Below are positions 12,356-24,216 of a stretch of 64,000 bases of DNA, piece by piece (position 1 is the first letter of the stretch; each line of letters begins with the position of its first letter). The notes below the pieces were generated by a model, which was given only the letters and a program-made list of their open reading frames with translations, searched no databases and had not been told where the DNA came from. Both the position numbers and the translations under genes were made by a program. The DNA comes from Xylographa opegraphella (Eukaryota), in the NCBI GenBank assembly GCA_022813865.1, contig JALDZX010000019.1:62001-126000 (forward strand), read 5' to 3'.

Positions 12356-13070
12356 CGTGATCCAGCATAGCGAAGCGAGAGCGTCAGCTACGAAGACCAA
12401 CGGATAGCATATAGACGCGTCAAGGAGTCATCGTCAAATCTGGAGCTGATTGAGTGGATTTTTCATAGGGACTGCCTCCGGTTTTCACTTTCTGTTTAGG
12501 AATTACTCGGTGAGGCGACAAGATAGGGGGCTGGGGGTAGTGTACGGTATGACCAGGGCGATGGACGGACAATGCGGTTCGGCAGGTTTATTGTTCTGAT
12601 GGAACTGGAGACTATCATAGATATTGCTATCTGACCACTTATACATCGTATAACTAGAGAACACAGAATCATTCACACAAACTGAAACAAGACCTTGAAG
12701 CATACTCTGGCCTTGAAGTCTGCTGCAATATTGGGAGCCGAGCAGAGGCTTGTTGAGGAATTGGTTTGGCTGTAGAGTATGTGGTTCAAGAATCTCCTTA
12801 TCCATTGGGTTCACAAGACTCGAGATCTGCAGTCGTCGAGACCGTGTGAAAGATTGATAGTCTCGATGTGAGTGGACCGCCCGTAGATTGAGCCGCTAAG
12901 TCAAGGGTCTCGGCCAGAACAGGTGGGAGCTTGGGCGCTATGACGACCGAGTCTGCGGGGAAGAGAACGGCCAAAATCCTACCCGCCAAAACTTGCTCTC
13001 GCTCATCACTCTCCACCAACAGCTTGTAGATAGCTTTGCAACGCTCCGTGGAGAGCGTAATAAGCTGCTG

Positions 13071-15340
13071 ATGGTATCTCCAGGGCAAGAGGCGTACTGT
13101 ACGGTATGTCATTCCTCAGACTGCAAATCCAGAGAGTCAAGAGAACAAAGCTAATCGGTCTGTAGCTCTTGATGAGCGATAACTATCTTCCTGGTGAACT
13201 ACTCCGATAACCACTTTACATTCAACTTCAACTTATATGTGTTAGGTGCTATGGTTCTGGCTCACTCTTTGCGGGACAACGGCACGAAGAAGCAGCTTGC
13301 GGCTCTTGTAACGCTTGATACCTTACAAGCTACAACCATCGGAGAACTAAAAGTGCGACAACTGCTCAAGAACATTCTGCTGGACTATTACTGATATTAT
13401 ATAAAGAATATGTACGATTATATAATACCCGTCGACCGTATCGTGAACAAATCCCCTGCAAATCTCTACCTGATGGACCGTCCCGACCTCTCGTCCACTT
13501 TTACCAAGATAGCGTTATGGAAACAGACACAATTTCGCCGTATAGTCTACCTCGACTCCGATATTGTAGCTCTCCGAGCGCCCGATGAGCTCTTTGCTCG
13601 TGAATCGAGCTTTGCTGCTGTGCCAGACATAGGCTGGCCAGACTGTTTCAATAGCGGTGTGCTTGCATTGACACCAAACATGGGAGACTATTACGCCTTA
13701 TTTGCGTTGGCACAGCGGGGTATCAGCTTCGATGGTGCAGATCAAGGCCTTCTCAATATGCACTTCCGAGATTGGGATAGACTGAGTTTCACCTACAATT
13801 GCACGCCCAGTGGAAGTTATCAGTATATACCAGCATACAAACACTTTCAAAGCAGCATCAACATGGTGCATTTCATCGGTCATGATAAACCTTGGAGGAT
13901 AGGACGCGATGGAAATAAGTCGGCGGGAGCTTACGAAGAGCTGCTCGCACGATGGTGGGCAGTATATGACAGGCATTTTAGAGCACCGGTATCATTTGTG
14001 CAGAGACTTTAGTTTGGATGTGACTGACATTGGAGACAGAGTGTAGCCTACAATTCCGGGCAATCCGATCGTGGCAAGCAATCCGTGCAGCAGGTGCAAT
14101 ACTATGTGAAAGGCGAAGAACCGATTGACGATTACGGAGCTTTCTCATCTGATCTCTCTGTGGAATCGTATGCGGAGAATTCCGACGGAAACCATATTTC
14201 AGCTTCTTTAGCTGAGCAGCCTTTAAGCGAAAAAGCGGAAGTTTTTCAAGAAAAGACGAATCAAGGAGATGTTCAACCCGTTCCGACCATGGAGCAGCGG
14301 CGATTCTCTGCGCCAACGTCCGACTGGGACCCTGTTACGTAAAATATAAATCTGCAATTTCGAGGTGTTTACATAGCTAAGACACTCCCAATAGAGAACC
14401 TCCACCTACGCATTCCCGTCCCGAAGCAGCAAACTTTCCGAACGACGTCTACATCATGTCAAGTGACCGAAACCTCTATCATGCTCCGAAATCATATCCC
14501 GAGCCCCCGAAAGATATGTGGTATGAAGTACCAAAAGCACAGCCTGCTAATGAACGACCAAAACCTATTTTCCCCTGGGAAGAAAATCAAGCAAGACCTA
14601 CTCGAGTTTTTGCAGACGACAAGGAGCTATCACCTGAGCCGACGCCCTCATTCGAAACCGATGACGAAACTCAAGATGACACAGAGAGTCCGACAACGCC
14701 CACAATTCGAGTTTCGAGTCCCGAGCCTTTCTCATCTTACGCTCGTACAAATGCTTGGGATGAAGTTCCAGAAATAGAGCGGTACATTGCAGCTTTGGCT
14801 CAAAGCCGAAGGAGTAGGATCCAATTACCACGCTCAGGCTCTAGTTCGGGCGAAGATGTGCTCTCGCCTGGCATCGAGGAGGGTCCTCCAAGACGGCGTC
14901 CAAGCATGAAGCTGACAGATTTTCCAACTGAGTTCGAGCGCCCTAGTCTCCCAGTCACCCCAGCGCCAGTAAGGAGACCTAGCTTCTGGGGAGATGAGCG
15001 AGATGCGGCGGGAGATTTACCCGGTGCTGAGGGTGTACCAAAGCAAGAAGATTGGGACCCTTTGCGCAAGCTTGAGGAGCTTCAGATGAAACAGGCCGAA
15101 GTCCTTGCTCAAGGTCCGGCAAGTCCTACTCGAGTGATTCCGGATCGAGAACTACCCGAATCTGCCGTATTATTACCAACGTCTGAGGACACGATGATTC
15201 CTCTAACTTCCGTCACATCTATGGGCAGCCCACCGCCTCCGCTCAAAGGTTCTGCTCCGATGTCTGAAGAATTGGACTTTGGGAGTAGGGACGTTAAAAA
15301 GAGTGGGGAGGATGAAGGTGTCTTTGGCTCTACCGAATGA
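13071..15340 (+). CDS. Glycogenin (glycosyltransferase family 8), multi-exon
   Basis: EAYCT|LLMSDNYLP|GAMVLAHSLRD, STFTKIALWKQTQFRRIVYLDSD, PDIGWPDCFNSG, SFDGADQGLLN, VHFIGHDKPW. The C-terminal fungal extension has KPIFPWE, NAWDEVPEI and LPGAEGVPKQEDWDP. Confidence 0.93.
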
Positions 15341-18039
15341 GAGGCATGGGCTGTGATATCGAAGCAACAGAGCTCTTCGGGTTGTCAAAGAGACGCACAT
15401 GTCTAGCTGAGAGCGCTACCGACACCTTCGCTAATGAGTGCGCCGCAATCCAGTACCACTAGGTTCATTCTCCACTACAAACAGCGTCTCCCTTGAGGCG
15501 TCTCGAACTTCGCGCGATACTGTACAAATCAACAATCATAGGCTGCATACATTGATTACAGCGTCAGGGTCCCTGCATGCATGGGCCTTATGTTCGCCTT
15601 GACTTCTCTATGTTTGCTAAGCGCATGTTTTCCATTCCAACCTTTTGGGCGGCATAGCGTACAGCGTCTCACATGTAACATGTTGCACGTGCGTCGTGTT
15701 TTTTTTTTTCAGATACCCGAGCATAACTGCGCACAAGCCGAGCTTACTTGTACCTTACTACTTCTCCAAGACCCATAGCTTACCTTATCTAATGACTAAT
15801 ATTACCTTGTACTGCGAGAGTTCTCTCTCTCTCAAAACTGGGTCCGTCGATGCCGTGATCATTCACCCGTCCCTCCATGCTTCTTTCCCTACGCATCACA
15901 CCCCCCACGAAGCGGTCCTCGGTCTCGACACCGCGCGGTAGTAGCCGCAGCACGAAGCAATCCCCTCGAGCAGCTTTTTTTGTGGATCCTGTTGTCAGCG
16001 CGGGGAGACTTGCCACCCGGCGTTTCTAGAAAATGCGGAGGGAGGAGAGGAAGCCGCTTCGGCTCGCTGCCCGTGGTGGTGGTCTCGCTTGCGAGAGGGC
16101 GGGGGTTGGGGGAGTGGAGGATGGTGATTTTTCTCTTTTCTTCTGTGTGGTTGACGGTTGGGGCGGAGCGGAAGGTTGGAGCGGGTTGTTCTGGGTGGAT
16201 TTGGAATGCGGTGGAAGGGTGGGACACGTCGTTAGGTAAGGTACCTTACGGGGTACGCACGGGTATTATGGGCCTACTACGTAGTCTGGACTTTGGAAGT
16301 ATCAGACTAGCTGTATCTTGGCTCCGTTCCCGTCGGCTGCCTACCTAAGGTACCCAGCTACCTTAGGTATGGAAGCACTAAGATTAACTAGAGGACTGGG
16401 AGTCTAGCATTAGGTTCAGAGCTGTCCGTAGTCTACCGTTTTACTTGTGGTCCTCGAATTTCGTAGATATCAACATAGCGTGATTCTGACCAGCCAAATC
16501 GTCGACAGTACAGCACTGACAAGAGTGACTCGTCGAGGTCTGTGATCTAAGAATAGGATATTCTAGGACTTGTGCGATGGACGCTAAGCGGCACGTGTTC
16601 TGGCTGCCTGTAGGATATCTTACCCCACCTCTGCTTGCCCATTATTCAACATGCCCGCACAACCAAGTCCGAGCTTTGCAGTATGTCGGACGACGGAACA
16701 CGACCAAGACGTCGAGATCGCTTTCTTCTTCCATTTCGGAGCAAAGCGAGCAGGTCGGACGCTCCTGTTCCAACATCGAGTCATGCCCCGGATGTAAGTA
16801 CTCGCGGCAGGCTCTGATCCATGCCCTTAAATATGGGTTGGTATTTTCCACAATTGAATATGATTTTTCATCTCCGCCATCTCAGGCAGTAAATATTCAT
16901 GATCTGATATAGTTTGCCCAGAACCGGAATGTACCGTCACTACCAGGAAGAATCTCCGCTCCCTCTCAATTGACTGCATCGTCGAGCTCGGATCCTCTCC
17001 TAGTGCTTCCTCAATCGAGAGAGAATGCAGCTTTCGAAGCGTCAGGCGGCCAAGATTCAGTAGAAGCATGTTCAGAGAAGCTTGCCACATCCGCTACGCC
17101 AAACCCCCGTTGTGGATAGGTCTTGCCTTTGGGAACTGGCCTACCATGCTTTACTAAAGGCGAATCCGGAACTGATGAAGAAGTTCAATTACTGTCTAGG
17201 CCTAAGCAGTATAGAAATTGGCAACAAGACCTCAGTCTCCCCAAGTATTGACCGAGTTGTGCAAAAAGCTTTCGAAGAACTCAAAGAAGCTTGTGGTCCC
17301 AACGGCAAGCTGAACAGAACATCTGAAACGATACGAAAGTGCTTCGAGCAGACGAACAACGTTATCGTTGCAAGCAGAGACTACATAGCTTTGATAGTAT
17401 CAGCAAATCCATATGCAGCACTAGCATGGACTGGAGTCAGCGTGTTGCTTCCAGTAAGTCAGTGTACATTGTGATCGTATATTACTGATACCGGAAAAGC
17501 TTCTTCTCAGTCCAACCGAGGAGGACGCGGCAGCAATCAAAGGGGTGGACTACATAACAAATCTCATGATGGTTTATGAGTGGAAACAGAATATTTATCT
17601 ACATGATGGTGAGGCTGTGTCGGACTTCAAAGTTCAGACAGTACGTCTTTACACCATGATCCTTGAGTATGCAGCCACTCTGCTGGTTCACAAGCATCAG
17701 AACCCATCGAAACGATGGGTGAGAGATGTGTTTCAGGCGGGTGATTGGTCATCGCGTATAGAATCGATTCAGGAGCGCGATACTAGTTGCAGAGACGTAA
17801 CCGACGCCATTGCAGCACTTCGAGCCAAGCAGTGGCAAGACGAGGAACGAAGGTGGTATGAGAAGCTTCTTCAACAGCCTCGTCAAGACGAAGAGAGGCG
17901 CCACATTCGATCACTGTATTCGAACTACAACGCAGACAAGAATGTCGTTCCAGAACGTATCGTAGGAACCTGCGAATGGTTTTTCAATCACAATAGCTTT
18001 TTGACGTGGCGCATGTCGCAGCGTTCGAGCCTGCTCTGG

Positions 18040-18090
18040 CTGTCTGCTGACCCTGGCTGTCTGCTGACCCTGGTTGTCTGCTGACCCTGG
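18040..18090 (+). repeat. 3 x 17-nt tandem repeat (C/T)TGTCTGCTGACCCTGG within the NACHT P-loop codons
   Basis: Copies at 18040-18056, 18057-18073 and 18074-18090 (third copy starts with T). Confidence 0.95.
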
Positions 18091-19270
18091 CTGTGGAAAG
18101 TCGGTTCTAGCAAAATATCTGGTTAACAGAAGAGGGGAGGTCTTGACTGTGGACACCAAGGCACCGACCATGTGCTACTTTTTCTTCAAAGACGGAGACA
18201 TAAACCGAGTCGACGCAGCTAAGGCTCTATGTGCTTTCCTCCACCAGCTCATCATGCAGCAATCCGATCTCTATCAGTACGCTAAGAAAGACTTCGAAAA
18301 CAAGAGCGAGATATTCTTAACAGACTTTGATGCGTTGTGGAGCATATTTTTGAAAGCCACTGCGAATGCCTCCGGGAGGGAAATCATTTGTGTTCTTGAC
18401 GCACTCGACGAATGTAACGAATCTTCAAGGAAGATGCTAATTGCTAAGCTCGTCCAACTATATAGTATTGCCGATTCGATCGATAGCAGGAAGCCAGTCC
18501 TCAAATTCCTTGTGACCAGTCGTCCAGATTTCAATATCGTCCGTGACTTCAAATATTTGACAAGCACAATCACTGAAGTCAGGTTACGTGGTGAAAATGA
18601 GTCAGTGCATATCAGTCGCGAAATTGATCTTGTAATCGATTTCAAAGTAAAAGAACTTGGGTCGAAAATGGACTTGAGTGAATCACAGCAATCAAGCCTG
18701 CAAGAAGAACTTCTTAGTGTCCCCCACCGAACGTATCTCTGGTTGTACCTTACCTTTGATACCATCGAAAAGAAGCTGGAGCTTAGCAAAGACGAAATCG
18801 CAGTCATCGCAAAAACCATCCCTAAAAACGTCGACGAGGCCTACCCTACCATTCTGGACAGAAGTCCTGATAGAGATAGGGCCAGGAGGCTTCTTCATAT
18901 TGTTCTTGCTGCTACTAGGCCATTGACCTTGCAGGAGGCGAACGTCGCTATCGTTATGCGAGAAAGTCAAGAGTCCTATACGGATCTCGACCTTTGGCGA
19001 CCCGACATAGCCGAGGACAGAATCAAGAACATGTGTGGGCTTTTCTTAAGTGTGGTAGATTCAAAGGTTTACCTGATCCATCAAATGGCAAGGGAGTTTT
19101 TAGTTTGCGATGATCACGCTAGTTGCTCTCTTGTGGAACAAAATCTCTCTTCCACGCACTGGAAAATGTCGTTCCATCCTGAACGATCGAACTTGTCAAT
19201 GGCTAGGATATGCATACGGTATCTTCAACTCGAGGATTTTGAGAAGACAGAGTTGGCAATCTTTGAGGAA

Positions 19271-19450
19271 AAAAGCGAGGTGGCAGAAAGCGAGGTGTCA
19301 GAAAACGAGGTGTCAGAAAACGAGGTGTCAGAAAACGAGTTGTCAGAAAACGAGGTGTCAAAAAACGATGTGGTAACAATCAATGAAGAAGAAAACGAGG
19401 TTGAAGAAAGCGAGGTGGAAGAAAGCGAGATGTCAGAAGGAAAGGTAGAA
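19271..19450 (+). repeat. In-frame 15-nt coding repeat (GAAAACGAGGTGTCA; ENEVS) forming an acidic linker
   Basis: About 7 consecutive units at 19271-19375, plus degenerate units to ~19450. Confidence 0.9.
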
Positions 19451-20851
19451 GGAAAAGCGTTGGAAAAGATTCGTCAATATGAAAGGGATTACATTTTCTT
19501 GTCTTATGCAGCTCAATACTGGGCAGCACACTTCACTCAAGCCAACACTTTACCGGATTATGAGCTCATCAAAACGGTGGCAGACCGAGTTTGTAACACT
19601 TCTTCTCGATCCTTCCGCATCTGGTTCTATATGTATTCGTGGATAACGGGAAACTACAAGATAATATCGACTCTGCATGTGACAAATATACTTGTTGGAG
19701 CACTTTTTGGACACGTGGCGGTGGTTCAACTGCTTTTAAAACATAAAAACGTTCGAATCAATTCGAAGGACAATGATGGTTTAACGCCGTTATTGTATGC
19801 CGCAATTGAAGGGCACGAGGCTATAGTCGAATTACTGCTAAAACAAAAAAACGTTCAAGTCGATTCGAAAGATAATTTTGGCCAGACGCCGTTATTATAC
19901 GCAGCGAGGTCAGGCCATGAAACAGTGGTTGCATTGCTATTAAAACGAGCGAATGTAAAGGCCGACTCGAAAGACCACGACGGCCGTACACCGTTATCAT
20001 ACGCAGCGGAGTCTGGCCAAGTGGCAGTAATTGCATTGCTGTTAAAACGGGCGAATGTAAAGGCCGACTCGAAAGACCACGACGGCCGTACACCGTTATC
20101 ATATGCAGCAGGGTCAAGTCAAGTGGCAGTGGTTGCATTGCTGTTAAAACGGGCGGATGTAAAGGCCGACTCGAAAGACCACGACCGCCATACGCCTCTA
20201 TTTTACGCGAAAAAGAAGAAGGCGGTGGTCAAGCTGCTGGAAGAACACCTCGCCCAAAGCGAGCACTCTCACTCTATCGAGACATCAGAAGTGTTATAGG
20301 CGGGAGGAGACCTCATTTGGAGTACTTGTCTATTTCAACACACCCAGCGCCATGAAGCTTGCCGTGGTATTCTTTCTGTTCGATTGTCTGCCAGCTTCGC
20401 CATCAGTCTGTGATTCTCATCCGGTGGGCGAACGGTTGGAAGTGCTTTGTGCGTCGCGATACCCTCCTGAGGTATGGTTGTGTCATGTCGGAGTTGAAGT
20501 GCATCCGGGCGGTACGTATGAAGCAATGGCATCTGTGTTGATCGACGACGGGCAGTCTGCCGAGAGTCATGCTCTGGGTTGGACGTTGAGTGGGGCTTCA
20601 TCGGAGGAAGTGGAGCAGATGGATGGACCGCGCTTCTGAGTCGTGTTGGCAGATTCGTTGATGGTCGAGTGGAGAGTAATGATCGGGTCAGTCGACTCGA
20701 GTGCGGTGGTCGCGATGGTGTTGAGTGTTGTGCAGTGTCATCTCGAAGGGCGCGTTCACGAGTGGTCGAAGATGGGACAGGAGAAAAAGCTGCGAAAGAG
20801 AGAGAGTTGGATGAGACTGCAGTACAGAGATGATGGCAAGATGAAAATGGT

Positions 20852-21004
20852 AACGAGATGAAGAAGGTGACGAGATGAAGAAGGTGACGAGATGAAGAAG
20901 GTGACGAGATGAAGAAGGTGACGAGATGAAGAAGGTGACGAGATGAAGAAGGTGACGAGATGAAGAAGGTGACGAGATGAAGAAGGTGACGAGATGAAGA
21001 AGGT
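20852..21004. repeat. Minisatellite, 9 x 17 nt (GACGAGATGAAGAAGGT)
   Basis: Eight perfect copies plus one single-mismatch first copy, with no spacers. Confidence 0.95.
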
Positions 21005-21707
21005 GGCCAATCAAACACCGAGCAACACTCTCCGATCGCCCAGCTCCTGGCCCCTCAACACCTAGCCACCCGAACGCGAACCGACAAGCCAACGCGACCA
21101 AGAAGACCCTATCTTGCAAAATCCCAGAGATCCTTTTTCCGAACCTCGAGTACGCCCACTCACCCACGATCGATCACACTCTGCGCCACTGAGCGAGCGG
21201 TCGTTCGGCCGCGTCCATCGCCCCGTGGAGTTGCATGAGAATTGCTGAGCGGTGTTGGACGGGTGTGGTGGTGGAATATGGCGAGAGGGGAGCTGCTGCG
21301 CTTGGTGGTGGTGGTTGGTGGTCCAGAGGCGCGCGGGTAATTTCTTGGCGTGTGATGTCTTTCGCGAGTGGCGGGTGGTGTTCTGGGAAGGCGGGTTCGT
21401 GCAAAGTATAGATCGGATTGGAGCTGAAGCGGGTTCTTCAGGATTAGCGAGGACTTTGGTGCGAGGCAGGGGCGGGGAACGGCGGCGTTTTATGACACTG
21501 GCAATGGTGGGGGAGTTATGTACACAGCGTGAATGCACAACTCGTACCAAGCGAAGCAGAGTTTTCTCCAAATTATTATATCAAAGTCCTGTTGCATGCT
21601 GCACCGCATGGTCCAAAGCCACAGCGATCACGATTCGCTAGCAGATTACGCCGACGGCCTTGCAAGGCCATCCATCCCAGCCAGCTCAGAGAGTGCAAAC
21701 ACCCCTT

Positions 21708-22838
21708 CTACGGCGCGATGAGCGTCAGCAACCCCATCCCCGGATTCTCCGCCGCCGTATCAAAAGCCCTTCCCCACTCCCCCAGCCCGAACTGTCCCAC
21801 AACTTTCACCCCGGCCGCGGCACCCAGCTTCAGCACGCCCCTCTCCACCAGCTTGACCATCGCTCGGGCGTCCTCGCGCGTGTACATCCAGCAGCCCTGG
21901 AGCGTCAGGTTCCGATGCATAACGGCCGAGTGCGGGATCGCCACGTCGCCCACAATACCACCCATGAGGCTGACGCGCCCGCCCGGCCGCAGCGCCAGGA
22001 TCCCGCTCTTGAGGTGCGTCGAGCCCGCAGCCGCCGGCGGCGAGATGTCGAAGTAGGCGTCGACGAGCCCGAACGCTTGCAGCGCCTTCGTGTCCGCCGC
22101 CCCGTCGCCCGTGATGGGCACCGCCTCGACGCGCTCCGCGCTCGCGGCCACTTTCACCAGCGCGTCCGCGTTGCGGCCCATGGAGATGACCCGCGCTCCC
22201 ATCGCCGTGGCGACGTGCACCGCGGCTCCGCCGAAGGACCCCGTCGCCGGCGCGACGATCACTGTCTCCCCGGGCTGGAGGCCGATGCTGCGGAGCCCGC
22301 CGTACGGCACCATCAGGCTGGAGAGGTACATCAGGTCCGCGAGCTCGTAGCCCAAGCCGCCGTCCTGCATCTCGCTGAGCAGGCGCGTCTCGTCCAGCGC
22401 GATGCAGTTCTCCAGCGGCACTTTGGTGTACTCGGCGTAGGTCGAGTGCCGCCACTCGCCGCGCATCAGGGCGCGGCTGCCGTCGGTGAAGCCCTCGTGG
22501 ATACCGGACAGGCAGACGGAGGTGGGATCGTCGCGGCAGCGGAGCGTGCTGTCGACGAGCACGAGTTGGCCGCGGGTGAGGGAGGTGGCGTCGGGGCCGA
22601 GGGCGGCGATGTGGCCTACGGCGCTGCAGCCGATGACGAGGGGCGTGGGGAAGGCGTACTTGCGCTTTCCGTTGTAGATGTCGCGCGAGTAGGAGAGCAC
22701 ATTGGCGACGACGACTTTGATGATGGCGCTGCCGGGGCTGGGCTGAGGCGTGGCGATCGTTTGCACGGTGGGGGGTTCGGCGATGGAGGTCAGGACCAGA
22801 GCGCGGTGCGTCTCGGGGAGTCTGGGTTCACAAGCCAT
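21708..22838 (-). CDS. Medium-chain dehydrogenase/reductase (GroES-like ADH superfamily), intronless
   Basis: PTPLVIGCSAVGHIAALG, TYAEYTKVPLENC, VPYGGL, LQPGETVIVAPATGSFGGAAV, ALRPGGRVSLMG, NLTLQGCWMY. Confidence 0.88.
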   Translation of the reverse strand: MACEPRLPETHRALVLTSIAEPPTVQTIATPQPSPGSAIIKVVVANVLSYSRDIYNGKRKYAFPTPLVIGCSAVGHIAALGPDATSLTRGQLVLVDSTLRCRDDPTSVCLSGIHEGFTDGSRALMRGEWRHSTYAEYTKVPLENCIALDETRLLSEMQDGGLGYELADLMYLSSLMVPYGGLRSIGLQPGETVIVAPATGSFGGAAVHVATAMGARVISMGRNADALVKVAASAERVEAVPITGDGAADTKALQAFGLVDAYFDISPPAAAGSTHLKSGILALRPGGRVSLMGGIVGDVAIPHSAVMHRNLTLQGCWMYTREDARAMVKLVERGVLKLGAAAGVKVVGQFGLGEWGRAFDTAAENPGMGLLTLIAP

Positions 22839-24216
22839 GCTGTTGGTGGAGTCTTAGGACGGAGTTGTTCCGATGTGCTGGAAGAATGAAGAGATGGCCG
22901 AAGACTACTGCAGGACATCGCAAATATTGTTGACAACACGCATCTTTTATGTCGCCGCTCAGAGTGCATTTCAGCTGTGAATGAGCATCACCATATCCCG
23001 GAGATTGCACGTCTTGTCTCCTATGGCCGATTAGAAGGCCGCTAACGCCGCAAATTTGTGCGCGTGGCAGTGCGCTTCCATGAAAACTGTCGCTCGCTTG
23101 AGCGGCTCCGCACGACGACCGAGAAGCGGGCATCGAGTTACGCGAGGATGTTTCGACATCGATGGTGGCCTGGTCCGATATAAGGTATCATGTATATCGC
23201 TCCAGTGCTAAAATATACCACAGGGACAAATCAGCAGTGGACGTGTACCTCCGTGGGCTTTTCGCAGAACAGCGACAATTGCAAGCTCGCCACTTCCGGC
23301 AACACGCCACCCTACCTATGGCCTCTCTTTCCATAGTACAATGTACATAATACTCACCCCCACCCTCGCAATCTCCCCATGAGCCCGCAACCCCTCCAAG
23401 TACGACCGTGCAGCTTTGCCAGGATCCTATCAAATCTCCTCAACCTTTCGTTCCGGGCTTGAGACTCAACGTAGCCTTTCTTAGTATTCCTATCCAGTAT
23501 TCAGCAGTCACATACCTGTAATCAGAACCTTCTCACCCATAAGCCAACACGCCCGTGCGACCAGCACCGCCGGAAAACAAAGCTGAGAAAGATGTACACG
23601 ACATCATGCCCCAGTTTTGCCGGCACAGAAGCAGACGTCTTCATCTCCGTCTCCGGTAAAAGAAGGTTGCAGGCTTGTTTCCATAGGGATCTTGACATTT
23701 GCGACCGCAATCTAGATAGTGCGCAGGAGAGATCGGTAGTCGTGCGCAGTGTACGTAGTGTGTCGTCTTCGACTTACCTACAGATTGGCGTCGATAGTAG
23801 ACAGTGTGGCGCTCTAAAGAATCTTAAGCTGGCGGGCTTCACGGTGTCAATCAAGCACGACATGCAAGGCACAGCAATCGAGGCAAATTTCCCCGTTCAC
23901 TGTGTAGCATGTCTGGTGTTCTTCATGTGCAAACGACCATATTTTGATTAGATCGCTCGAAAGCGTAGTATTCCACAAGCTATTCCAGCAGCTGGTTACG
24001 CTAGCCATCGTACAGTGAGTATATTAGATACAGCTCTCGATCGAGTGGGGAGGAGATGAGTGCCAGGAAACGCCATTCAAATGCTGTGCGAGACCTAGAG
24101 TAGCGTGAGCTTCCTTTGTAGGTAGATGACCGCGCAAATGCCAACCAAGAATATGTAAACAGAAGAAGAATATGCTTTCGCGGGGAAGTATCAACATGGT
24201 AAGGCCAAGGAAGAGT

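Larger units (their letters stand above)
16683..20299 (+). pseudogene. NLR-like NACHT-ankyrin protein (NWD-type N-terminus), frameshifted at the Walker A motif as assembled
   Basis: N-terminal LWELAY...ANPYAALAWTGVSVLLP; intron 17454-17499; GTCEWF...LLWLSADPGCGKS (Walker A); ICVLDALDEC (Walker B); KFLVTSRP; ankyrin repeats (GxTPLxYAA). Three copies of a 17-mer at 18040-18090 shift the frame. The 5' exon structure before 17076 is uncertain. Confidence 0.8.

Noticed and set aside
18042..18100. GT...CTGAC...AAG as an intron that repairs the NACHT frameshift
   Set aside because: Removing it would delete the Walker A residues, and the donor (GTCTGC) is poor.
20335..21167. ORFs with repeating SSPSSSRHLLHLVTFFI
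   Set aside because: They are translations of the 17-nt minisatellite in three frames, with no other coding signal.
21660..22889. 409-aa plus-strand ORF
   Set aside because: Antisense shadow of the GC-rich MDR gene.
22900..24200. Splice-donor-like sites and short ORFs between the MDR gene and CLU1
   Set aside because: No consistent open exon chain was found.
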